24,442 bases of DNA from Macrostomum lignano (Eukaryota): NCBI GenBank assembly GCA_002269645.1, contig NIVC01002887.1:26516-50957 (forward strand), in the 5' to 3' direction. A model generated the notes under the pieces. The model made no database searches, was not told where the DNA came from, and was given only the letters and a program-made list of their open reading frames with translations. The number at the start of each line of letters is the position of its first letter. Position 1 is the first letter of the stretch. This document shows, piece after piece, positions 1-9,168 of the stretch. Both the position numbers and the translations under genes were made by a program.

Positions 1-2384
1 CTCATCAGCTGATCCTGTCTTCATTATCAAGTCCTCATCAGCTGCTGATCCGTCTGTCTTCATTATCAAGTCCTCATCAGCTGATCCTGTCTTCATTATC
101 AAGTCCTCATCAGCTGGTCATGTGTCTTCATTATCAAGTCCTCATCAGCTGATCCTGTCTTCATTATCAAGTCCTCATCAGCTGATCCTGTCTTCATTAT
201 CAAGTCCTCATCAGCTGATCCATGTGTCTTCATTATCAAGTACTCATCAGCTGGTCATGTGTCTTCATTATCAAGTCCTCATCAGCTAATCCTGTCTTCA
301 TTATCAAGTCCTCATCAGCTGATCCTGTCTTCATTATCAAGTCCTCATCAGCTGATCCTGTCTTCATTATCAAGTCCTCATCAGCTGATCCTGTCTTCAT
401 TATCAAGTCCTCATCAGCTGGTCATGTCTTCATTATCAAGTCCTCATCAGCTGATCCTGTCTTCATTATCAAGTCCTCATCAGCTGATCCTGTCTTCATT
501 ATCAAGTCCTCATCAGCTGATCTGTCTTCATTATCAAGTCCTCATCAGCTGTCATGTGTCTTCATTATCAAGTCCTCATCAGCTGATCCTGTCTTCATTA
601 TCAAGTCCTCATCAGCTGGTCATGTGTCTTCATTATCAAGTCCTCATCAGCTGATCCTGTCTTAATTATCAAGTCCTCATCAGCTGATCCTGTCTTCATT
701 ATCAAGTCCTCATCAGCTGATCCTGTCTTCATTATCAAGTCCTTATCAGCTGGTCATGTGTCTTCATTATCAAGTCCTCATCAGCTGATCATGTGTCTTC
801 ATTATCAAGTCCTCATCAGCTGGTCATGTGTCTTCATTATCAAGTCCTCATCAGCTGATCCTGTCTTCATTATCAAGTCCTCATCAGCTGGTCATGTGTC
901 TTCATTATCAAGTCCTCATCAGCTGATCCTGTCTTCATTATCAAGTCCTCATCAGCTGTCCTGTCTTCATTATCAAGTCCTCATCAGCTGATCCTGTCTT
1001 CATTATCAAGTCCTCATCAGCTGGTCATGTGTCTTCATTATCAAGTCCTCATCAGCTGATCCTGTCTTCATTATCAAGTCCTCATCAGCTGATCCTGTCT
1101 TCATTATCAAGTCCTCATCAGCTGGTCATGTGTCTTCATTATCAAGTCCTCATCAGCTGATCATGTGTCTTCATTATCAAGTCCTCATCAGCTGGTCATG
1201 TGTCTTCATTATCAAGTCCTCATCAGCTGATCCTGTCTTCATTATCAAGTCCTCATCAGCTGGTCATGTGTCTTCATTATCAAGTCCTCATCAGCTGATC
1301 CTGTCTTCATTATCAAGTCCTCATCAGCTGATCCTGTCTTCATTATCAAGTCCTCATCAGCTGTCATGTGTCTTCATTATCAAGTCCTCATCAGCTGATC
1401 CTGTCTTCATTATCAAGTCCTCATCAGCTGATCCTGTCTTCATTATCAAGTCCTCATCAGCTGATCCTGTCTTCATTATCAAGTCCTCATCAGCTGATCC
1501 TGTCTTCATTATCAAGTCCTCATCAGCTGATCCTGTCTTCATTATCAAGTCCTCATCAGCTGTCTGTCTTCATTATCAAGTCCTCATCAGCTGATCCTGT
1601 CTTCATTATCAAGTCCTCATCAGCTGATCCTGTCTTCATTATCAAGTCCTCATCAGCTGGTCATGTGTCTTCATTATCAAGTCCTCATCAGCTGGTCATG
1701 TGTCTTCATTATCAAGTCCTCATCAGCTAATCCTGTCTTCATTATCAAGTCCTCATCAGCTGATCCTGTCTTCATTATCAAGTCCTCATCAGCTGATCCT
1801 GTCTTCATTATCAAGTCCTCATCAGCTGATCCTGTCTTCATTATCAAGTCCTCATCAGCTGGTCATGTCTTCATTATCAAGTCCTCATCAGCTGATCCTG
1901 TCTTCATTATCAAGTCCTCATCAGCTGATCCTGCCTTCATTATCAAGTCCTCATCAGCTGGTCATGTGTCTTCATTATCAAGTCCTCATCAGCTGATCCT
2001 GTCTTCATTATCAAGTCCTCATCAGCTGATCCTGTCTTCATTATCAAGTCCTCATCAGCTGGTCATGTGTCTTCATTATCAAGTCCTCATCAGCTGGTCA
2101 TGTGTCTTCATTATCAAGTCCTCATCAGCTGATCCTGTCTTCATTATCAAGTCCTCATCAGCTGGTCATGTGTCTTCATTATCAAGTCCTCATCAGCTGA
2201 TCCTGTCTTCATTATCAAGTCCTCATCAGCTGATCCTGTCTTCATTATCAAGTCCTCATCAGCTGATCCTGTCTTCATTATCAAGTCCTCATCAGCTGAT
2301 CCTGTCTTCATTATCAAGTCCTCATCAGCTGATCCTGTCTTCATTATCAAGTCCTCATCAGCTGATCCTGTCTTCATTATCAAG
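1..2384. repeat. Minisatellite, 33-bp unit GATCCTGTCTTCATTATCAAGTCCTCATCAGCT mixed with a 35-bp variant (GGTCATGTGTC...), about 70 copies, truncated by the window start
   Basis: Periodicity read directly. The ORF track shows the 11-aa repeats SSSADPVFIIK / LSSPHQLILSS, with frame switches at the 35-bp variants. Confidence 0.97.
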
Positions 2385-2504
2385 GCGACGCACTTAATCC
2401 ATGGCCCCCCGCAGAGCGCCTATTACTCGGGAGCAGCTCCGCACCAGGCTGCCGCCACGCCTTCTGCTCCGCCGCCAGCCTATGAAGAGAAACAGCCACT
2501 GTGA
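2385..2504 (+). CDS. Probable terminal coding exon (ATHLIHGPPQSAYYSGAAPHQAAATPSAPPPAYEEKQPL*) of a gene starting upstream of the window. The acceptor is either the AAG at 2382-2384 or the CAG at 2359-2361 inside the last repeat unit.
   Basis: Abrupt switch from repeat to GC-rich unique sequence, open to TGA 2502-2504. Pro/Ala/Tyr-rich peptide ending in PPPAY, followed by AT-rich 3'UTR-like sequence. No ATG, so it is absent from the ORF track. Confidence 0.6.
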   Translation, partial: ATHLIHGPPQSAYYSGAAPHQAAATPSAPPPAYEEKQPL

Positions 2505-3781
2505 GAGCGCTGGCGTGCTGGCCTTTAGTCAATGACGCGATCTGGATAATTTTAACAAAAAAACACGCAATTTGAATAATTCATCATTTCCATTATTCAA
2601 ATATTATTACGTTCGTTGCTGCTTGTAAGTTCCAGTGGATCCAATTTAGAAACTACATATTTGAGTACAGTTTTGTTAATTTATTTATTTCTGTGTTTAT
2701 ACATTAATTATCCCCGTTGTGATTGCAAATGTTAAATTATTCAACTCGTATATTCAACATACAATTTAGCCCTGTATGACTACTTTAAGTAGGTAAAAAC
2801 GAGGCAAATTTGAAATTTTCATTAAAAACCAGAGTAAAGCTAAATTGGCACTGTTTTATCCAGATTTTGAACACTAAAGCTTCGTCTCTGCTGTAGTCCC
2901 TGTTGGCATTAATGAATGTCAAAATATGTATAATTTATATATATCTACGTACTGATGAAAAGTATTCTTGTCATTTGTCATTTCGCTTTGTCACTAAACT
3001 ACTCTATTATTCAAAGCAAAAAGTTATTAATATTAGAATCTTGGTATATTTTTTCATGTTTTGTTTCAGTTTATTCAGAGTTCGCTTATGCAAGCGTCGA
3101 ATTTCTTTTTGATGACAGAAAGAGAACACAAAGCAATTACGTATAAAATATAAATTGAATAAAAAATACCTTACTTGAATCATTCAAGCACAGTTGAAAA
3201 TCCATACAATTGAAAGCTTTGTAAAAAATGAGTCAATTGATTTTTTATTTATGACTTCATGGAGGAAGTGAAGTTTTCAAGATGTTGAGAATTTTAACAG
3301 AAAATGTTAACTGACTCTTGAAACTACGATTACGCAAGGATTTCTACTTTGAGTAGTAAAAAACTGTTGTGGTGTCTATCTACTGTAATATACTGACACT
3401 GGCTGGCACTGTTGAAGTCTCCTGCAGTTGGCACGCTTTAGTTCACACAATAAATGATTCGCGTGACTCAAACAACATCCATCGAGGGGCGATACGTTAC
3501 GAGAAACTACTAGGCCATGCACCAGGCCTGTTTTATTGACTGTTAGATCAATGTTATACATTTTACTTGGTTCACTTTTCGCACATTTTTATTTACATAG
3601 GCTTAGCCCACTGTTAAATGATATTTACATGGACCAAGGGCTACACCTGCTGCATGACGCATTAGATGGCGTGGTTAATTAAAGGTAAACAAGTTCAATA
3701 TTTTTGTAAATCCATCATGCTTACACAGATCGACTCTGAAATTAATCTTCCAAAGAAAGCTCAGCAAATACTAGTCCATTT

Positions 3782-3795
3782 GTAGCCATGGCAAC
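3782..3795 (+). promoter_or_regulatory. RFX-type X-box GTAGCCATGGCAAC upstream of lectin paralog 1
   Basis: 13/14 match to the palindromic X-box GTTGCCATGGCAAC and fits RTHNYYWTRRNRAC. Lies 96-83 bp upstream of ATG 3878, with a counterpart upstream of paralog 2. Confidence 0.6.
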
Positions 3796-3877
3796 GGCCG
3801 CAGCAACAAACCTGCTCTGAATTTAGCTTTGTGATGCAAGCTAAGGCTGCTGCTAATTTCTGGCACTGCTAAAAGTG

Positions 3878-4648
3878 ATGAAGCTCCTAGCCACTGAGCT
3901 CGTGTCCGCTGCTCTGCTGCTGCTGACTGTCTGCCCAGCGCAGTCCCGAACGACGGTCTCCTGCCCGGCTCCGTTCAAGCGGCTGCGCACCGCCACCCAG
4001 CTGTGTCTGTTTGTCGAGTCCAACCAGAGCTACAGCTGGTGCTCCGCCAACCGAAGGTGCTCTGAGCTGGGCGGCGAGCTCATCAACTCGCCCGAGTCCC
4101 TGGCTCTTGTGAAATCTTGGAACCTGACTGATGGCAACTTCAACGGGTCTTGGTGGATCGGGCTGAGCGACCTGGCGGCTGAGGCCGGCACAAATCGGTC
4201 TGGCTGGCAGAGGGTCAACGACGGCGGCGTTCTGCCTAAAGAAGATTCGCTGTGGTACCACGGAGAGCCGAGCGGCAACTTCAAAGAGGATTGCATTCGG
4301 ATCTTACCTGTGGGCGATTCTCTAAGACTGAGCGACAGGTACTGCCACATTTTGCTCGGCTTCGTCTGCCAGTTCGTGGAGCCGCCTGCCGCCACCCAGT
4401 CGGCTGGCTACTGGACTCCGGCTGAGTTCACGAGAACCCGGACCGACACGTACTGCTGCTGCGATGAGCTGCAGCCAGTGGCCTCGCTGAAGGCCTGCCT
4501 GGTCAGAGCCTCCCTGTGTGGCAGCAGGTGCCGCAGCGCTCTGTACAACAGCCGGCTGGCCGCCTGCCGCCTGCTGCAGTTCGCCGACGCTCCGGTCGAC
4601 CCGGAAATCGAGCGCAGCCCGGACTGGGTCAAGCTGGTCAGGGGCTGA
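3878..4648 (+). CDS. Secreted C-type lectin domain + C-terminal PAN/Apple-like domain protein, paralog 1 (256 aa, intronless)
   Basis: Signal peptide MKLLATELVSAALLLLTVCPAQS. Long-form CTLD with CPAPF..LC, C..LGGEL, WIGLSD, W..GEPS, EDC, YC and FVC. C-terminal SLKAC...CRSALYN...CRLL resembles the PAN/Apple pattern. The start is set at ATG 3878 rather than the GTG at 3875. Confidence 0.9.
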   Translation: MKLLATELVSAALLLLTVCPAQSRTTVSCPAPFKRLRTATQLCLFVESNQSYSWCSANRRCSELGGELINSPESLALVKSWNLTDGNFNGSWWIGLSDLAAEAGTNRSGWQRVNDGGVLPKEDSLWYHGEPSGNFKEDCIRILPVGDSLRLSDRYCHILLGFVCQFVEPPAATQSAGYWTPAEFTRTRTDTYCCCDELQPVASLKACLVRASLCGSRCRSALYNSRLAACRLLQFADAPVDPEIERSPDWVKLVRG

Positions 4649-4910
4649 GTGGGTCAAGCTGGTCAGGGGCTGAGTGGGTCAAGCTGGTCAGGGTGTGAGT
4701 GGGTCAAGCTGGTCAGGAGCTGAGTGAGTCAAGCTGGTCAGGAGCTGAGCTGAGTGGGTCAAGCTGGTCAGGATGTGAGTGGGTCAAGCTGGTCAGGGTG
4801 TGAGTGGGTCAAGCTGGTCAGGGGCTGAGTGGGTCAAGCTGGTCAGGGTGTGAGTGGGTCAAGCTGGTCAGGAGCTGAGTGGGTCAAGCTGGTCAGGAGC
4901 TGGGTCAAGT
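4624..4910. repeat. 25-bp minisatellite (GTGGGTCAAGCTGGTCAGGGGCTGA and variants), about 11 copies; the first unit is the end of the lectin 1 CDS
   Basis: Direct periodicity. The unit overlaps codons WVKLVRG and the TGA stop. Confidence 0.95.
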
Positions 4911-5320
4911 AACCAACACAAACAAAAACTTTCTGAAGCAATCGGATTCACACATTTACAATCGTATATCAGTAGTAAGTCTTCATTTCGTAGTCCTTCT
5001 GACATAGCTGGCTCTCTTTGCTGCTTCTATTGTGATACATCATGTCTTTATCTTTTGTTTTTTGTTTTAGAGCTTCATGGCCTTTTTCCTTCATTTTGAA
5101 AGTAGAAAAGAAGTTTTACTATTATGTAATTTAACTCGTAAATGCCTGTTAACTCTTGTCAATTTTACGAACATGTAATGCCTTTGGCAATGCTAAATAT
5201 AACAAATGCTTGCACTTTTTCAGCTGAGTCGATCCATTACATGCATGCACTTTGAGTGTTCAAACGCAGAGCCTTAGGACTGCTGCCGGGGCAGAATACA
5301 TGCAGGTAAATGGGATGCCA

Positions 5321-5720
5321 ATGGCTGCTGAGGGTGCATGCAGGTTAATGGCACCCATGGCTGCTGAGGGTGCATGCAGGTTAATGGCACCCATGGCTGC
5401 TGAGGGTGCATGCAGGTTAATGGCACCCATGGCTGCTGAGGGTGCATGCAGGTTAATGGCACCCATGGCTGCTGAGGCATGCAGGTTAATGGCACCCATG
5501 GCTGCTGAGGGTGCATGCAGGTTAATGGCACCCATGGCTGCTGAGGGTGCATGCAGGTTAATGGCACCCATGGCTGCTGAGGACACATGCAGGTTAATGG
5601 CACCCATGGCTGCTGAGGGTGCATGCAGGTTAATGGCACCCATGGCTGCTGAGGGTGCATGCAGGTTAATGGCACCCATGGCTGCTGAGGACACATGCAG
5701 GTTAATGGCACCCATGGCTG
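5321..5720. repeat. 36-bp minisatellite ATGGCTGCTGAGGGTGCATGCAGGTTAATGGCACCC, about 11 copies
   Basis: Direct periodicity. It yields the spurious MAAEGACRLMAP repeat ORFs. Confidence 0.95.
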
Positions 5721-6014
5721 CATCCGAGCTCCTTGGCCACATTGGGTTCTCGCGCTTTTCGGTTCCATGCAGCTGCTGACGCGATCTTTTAGGCTCGAGG
5801 CCAGCAAATGAAAGTCCAACAAATGAGGCTGCTGAGGCATCCTCATCGCAGCGCTGCATCTTCCCGGTCAGCCGTACTGAAACCCTGCCTGCTATCGATG
5901 CCCAAGTATGTGCAGCGACATCGCTTGGCTTTTGAGCACTCGGCAGTGCCCGTCCGCTCTCATGGCCTGTCTCAGTGCCTTCAATCAGACAGGAGCTCAC
6001 GTTGCCGACAGACC

Positions 6015-6188
6015 GTCTGAGTCATCAGTCTGGGTCATCAGTCTGAGTCATCAGTCTGGGTCATCAGTCTGGGTAATCAGTCTGGGTCATCAGTCTGAGT
6101 CATCAGTCTGAGTCATCAGTCTGGGTCATCAGTCTGGGTCATCAGTCTGGGTCATCAGTCTGGGTCATCAGTCCGAGTCATCAGTCGG
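6015..6188. repeat. 13-bp minisatellite GTCATCAGTCTG(G/A), about 13 copies
   Basis: Direct periodicity. Confidence 0.93.
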
Positions 6189-6284
6189 GTAATAAGCAAA
6201 CAGATACAGAGCCATTCGTGTTAAAATGCATGAAATGCAGAGTCAAGACATGTGCAGTGCTAAACTGCATGCACTAAATTAAGA

Positions 6285-7520
6285 GAGGGTGCTTATTAAG
6301 TTCCCGGAAAATGCAGCTTAAAAATGCGCAAATCAAACAAATCTTAACCAAAGTTAGGGTTGTATGTTCTACGTTTGCTTGTAAAATTTTAGCTCGATCG
6401 GTCGCAATAATGCGCCGCAGTGACCATGCAAAGTTCGGCTGAGAACGTGGCCCCCCTGCCATCCCAGTCGATGGTGTATGAGTGGTTTGCGCGCTTCCAC
6501 TGCAGATCGGCCACTCTGGGGACGATGATCCCCGCGAGGGTTGCCGAGTTCGGCTGTTTCCGACGGAGTCGTTGCTGCTGTTCGACGCCACCTACTCGTA
6601 GACGAAAATCAGCGAGTGACGATTTGCTGGTTGGAGCAGCTCATCAGGGTGCGGATTCCACCATCATTAAGATCCTGCACCAGCACCTCGGCATGAGGAA
6701 GCTGTCTGCTCGCTGGGTGCCCCACCAGCTCAGCGCTGACCAGATGCGAGCCCGAGTTGAGTTCGCCGACCTCATGGCGGCCAGGTTTGACGGAGGCCGC
6801 TCAAAGTTGGTAGATAACATCCTCACTGGCGACAAAACCTGAGTCTACTTCTATGACCCAGAGACCAAGGAGCAGAGTCGGCAGTGGGTCACCAACGAGG
6901 AAGATGCTCCTCTCAAATTTCGTCGCGAGCGCAGCGTCGGAAAAGTGATGGCGGCCATTTTCTTCCGACGCAGCGGCATCCTGCCGCCAGTGCTGTTGCA
7001 GCAAGGCGCCACAGTGACGGCAGAATGGTACAGCACCGTCTGCTTGCCTCAGGTTCTGGAGGCGCTCGCATAGCAGCGGCCGAAGACGCTTGACAAAGTC
7101 ATCTTCCTCCATCAGGACAACGCTCCAGCGCACCGGGCACGAGTGACCCAAGGAGTTCCTTCAGGCGACCCAGCAGGCCCAGCTGCCGCATTCGGCATAT
7201 TCGCCGGACCTGGCGCCTGCTGACTTTTTCCTCTTTCCCAGGATGAAGAAAAGTCTGAAGGGGAGTGCTTCGACTCGAGGGAGGAGCTGGTTGTTGCGCT
7301 GCAAGCTGAGCTGGACAGCTTCATCAAAGCTGATCTTGGGGATGCTTCGACGCATGGTTCCAGCGCCTGCAAAAGTGACCCGATTTAGATGGAAATTATG
7401 TTGAGAACTGATAATAGACTGTGGTTGATTTCTATTATCGGTTGCCAAATCGGTTTGCGGTTGCCAAAGAAGCTTTTCCTACATTCCCAGCTGGGAAATA
7501 TTTTCCTGACTACTCGAGTC
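6285..7520 (+). mobile_element. Decayed mariner element (boundaries approximate, TIR pair not confirmed)
   Basis: Transposase relic plus a mariner-like left end (GAGGGTGCTTATTAAGTTCCC near 6287). No convincing matching right TIR was found. Confidence 0.6.
6426..7411 (+). pseudogene. Degenerate mariner (DD34D) transposase relic
   Basis: Motifs across frames: VYEWFARF, KLSARWVPHQL, LTGDKT*VYFYDPETKEQS, HQDNAPAH, YSPDLAPADFFLFP, GNYVEN*. Internal stops at 6840-6842 and 7071-7073, several frameshifts, and a shortened N-terminus. Spacing is D34D once the frame is corrected. Confidence 0.92.
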
Positions 7521-7963
7521 ACTAAAAAGACTTAAAGCAATGAAGTGCCCCATTATTTCTGGTGCAACTGCTTCTTGAATGATGAATTTTTATGTACCGG
7601 AATTTTTGCTAGATTTCTGGAGAAGCAGCCGCGGGAACCTGCACAATGGGCCCTGCGGCAGATGGTTGGTTGGAATTGAGGCTGAGCCAATTAGCAAACT
7701 ACAGGTATGAGGCAGCAGGTTCTATCAAGTCATAAAGCTTCACCAATTTCTCATTAATTATTTGAAGCTGCAAGAAAAAAGTGACTGGAAATTTCTAGGA
7801 AGAAGTCCGTCAGCAATGGCGGAGGCCCGTTTGCCATTGCTGGCGAAACTGCAAGAGAAAAATTCTGAGAATCTACCTTGTTAGCGAAGAGGCTGCCGGC
7901 TTCTGCCCTACCAGCACGCAAGCGGATAATACAGTTGGCGTCATAAGTTTGATGAGGAGGCTG

Positions 7964-7977
7964 GTTGCCATGGGAAC
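7964..7977 (+). promoter_or_regulatory. RFX-type X-box GTTGCCATGGGAAC upstream of lectin paralog 2
   Basis: 13/14 match to GTTGCCATGGCAAC, 90-77 bp upstream of ATG 8054. Confidence 0.6.
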
Positions 7978-8053
7978 CAGTCAGCAGCAGCTAAAAAACC
8001 GGCCGTACAGCAACCAAAAGCTTTCATTTCACAGAAAAATATTCTCAGGCAAA

Positions 8054-8818
8054 ATGAAGCTTCATGTCGGCTGCTCTGCTCTGGCAGCGGCTCTGCTGCT
8101 GTGTGTCAGCCTCGGACAGTCCGAGACCGTCCCCTGTCCGGCCCCGTTCCAGCTGTACTCGGCCGCCCAGCTGTGCCTCTTCATCCAGCCCAACCAGAGC
8201 TACAGCTGGTGCTCCGCCAACCGAGTGTGCTCTGAGCTGGGCGGCGAGCTCATCAACTCGCCTGAGTCCATCGCTGCCTTGGCTTCTGTGAACCTGCAGA
8301 CTCTCGGCTACTCAACTGACATGTGGACTGGACTCAACGACCTGGCGTCCGAGGCCAACACCAGCAGGTCCGGCTGGCAGAGGGTCAGCGGTGGCGGCAG
8401 TTTTCCACTACACGAGTCGCTGTGGCACCCGACGGAGCCAAATGGAAGCCCTGGAGCGCACTGCCTCCGGTTTTTATACCCTAGCGGCCAGACTCGGCTC
8501 GGAGACAGGACCTGCAACGATTCACTCGGCTTCGTCTGCCAGTTTATGAAGCCGCCTGCCGCCACCAAGTCGGCTGGCTACTGGACTCCGGCTGAGTTCA
8601 CGAGAACCCGGACCGACACGTACTGCTGCTGCGATGAGCTGCAGCCAGTGGCCTCGCTGAAGGCCTGCCTGGTCAGAGCCTCCCTGTGTGGCAGCAGGTG
8701 CCGCAGCGCTCTGTACAACAGCCGGCTGGCCGCCTGCCGCCTGCTGCAGTTCGCCGACGCTCCAGTCGACCCGGAAATCGAGAGCAGCCCGGACTGGGTC
8801 AAGCTGGTCAGGGTCTGA
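8054..8818 (+). CDS. Secreted C-type lectin domain + PAN/Apple-like domain protein, paralog 2 (254 aa, intronless)
   Basis: Signal peptide MKLHVGCSALAAALLLCVSLGQS places the start at ATG 8054, not 7949. CTLD with WTGLND and EPN motifs. The C-terminal region is almost identical to paralog 1. Confidence 0.9.
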   Translation: MKLHVGCSALAAALLLCVSLGQSETVPCPAPFQLYSAAQLCLFIQPNQSYSWCSANRVCSELGGELINSPESIAALASVNLQTLGYSTDMWTGLNDLASEANTSRSGWQRVSGGGSFPLHESLWHPTEPNGSPGAHCLRFLYPSGQTRLGDRTCNDSLGFVCQFMKPPAATKSAGYWTPAEFTRTRTDTYCCCDELQPVASLKACLVRASLCGSRCRSALYNSRLAACRLLQFADAPVDPEIESSPDWVKLVRV

Positions 8819-9168
8819 GTGGGTCAAGCTGGTCAGGGGCTGAGTGGGTCAAGCTGGTCAGGAGCTGAGTGGGTCAAGCTGGTCAGGGGCTGAGTGGGTC
8901 AAGCTGGTCAGGGTCTGAGTGGGTGAAGCTGGTCAGGGTCTGAGAGGGTCAAGCTGGTCAGAGTGTGAGTGGGTCAAGCTGGTCAGGGTGTGAGTGGGTC
9001 AAGCTGGTCAGGGTGTGAGTGGGTCAAGCTGGTCAGGGTGTGAGTGAGTCGAGCTGGTCAGGAACTGAGTGAGTCAAGCTGGTCAGGGTGTGAGTGGGTC
9101 AAGCTGGTCAGGGTGTGAGTGGGTCAAGCTGGTCAGGGTCTGAGTGGGTCAAGCTGGTCAGAAGCTGA
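8794..9168. repeat. 25-bp minisatellite of the same family as 4624-4910, about 15 copies; the first unit is the end of the lectin 2 CDS
   Basis: Direct periodicity. Overlaps WVKLVRV*. Confidence 0.95.

Noticed and set aside
222-2397. Ser/Leu-rich ORFs in the first array
   Set aside because: These are stop-free frames of the repeat that switch frame at 35-bp variants. Only the last six units in frame with the 2385 exon are of possible relevance.
6498-7160. Both mariners have frameshifts at roughly homologous positions (before the ED..R.GRP motif and just before EFL after HQDNAPxH), suggesting programmed frameshifting
   Set aside because: The 6.4-kb copy has many other frameshifts and two stops, so coincidence is plausible. 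No slippery heptamer is shared, and programmed frameshifting is not known for mariners.
7949-8053. Extended N-terminus of lectin 2 from the ORF track
   Set aside because: It starts at TTG, and the signal peptide and paralog alignment place the start at ATG 8054. The extension covers the X-box promoter region.
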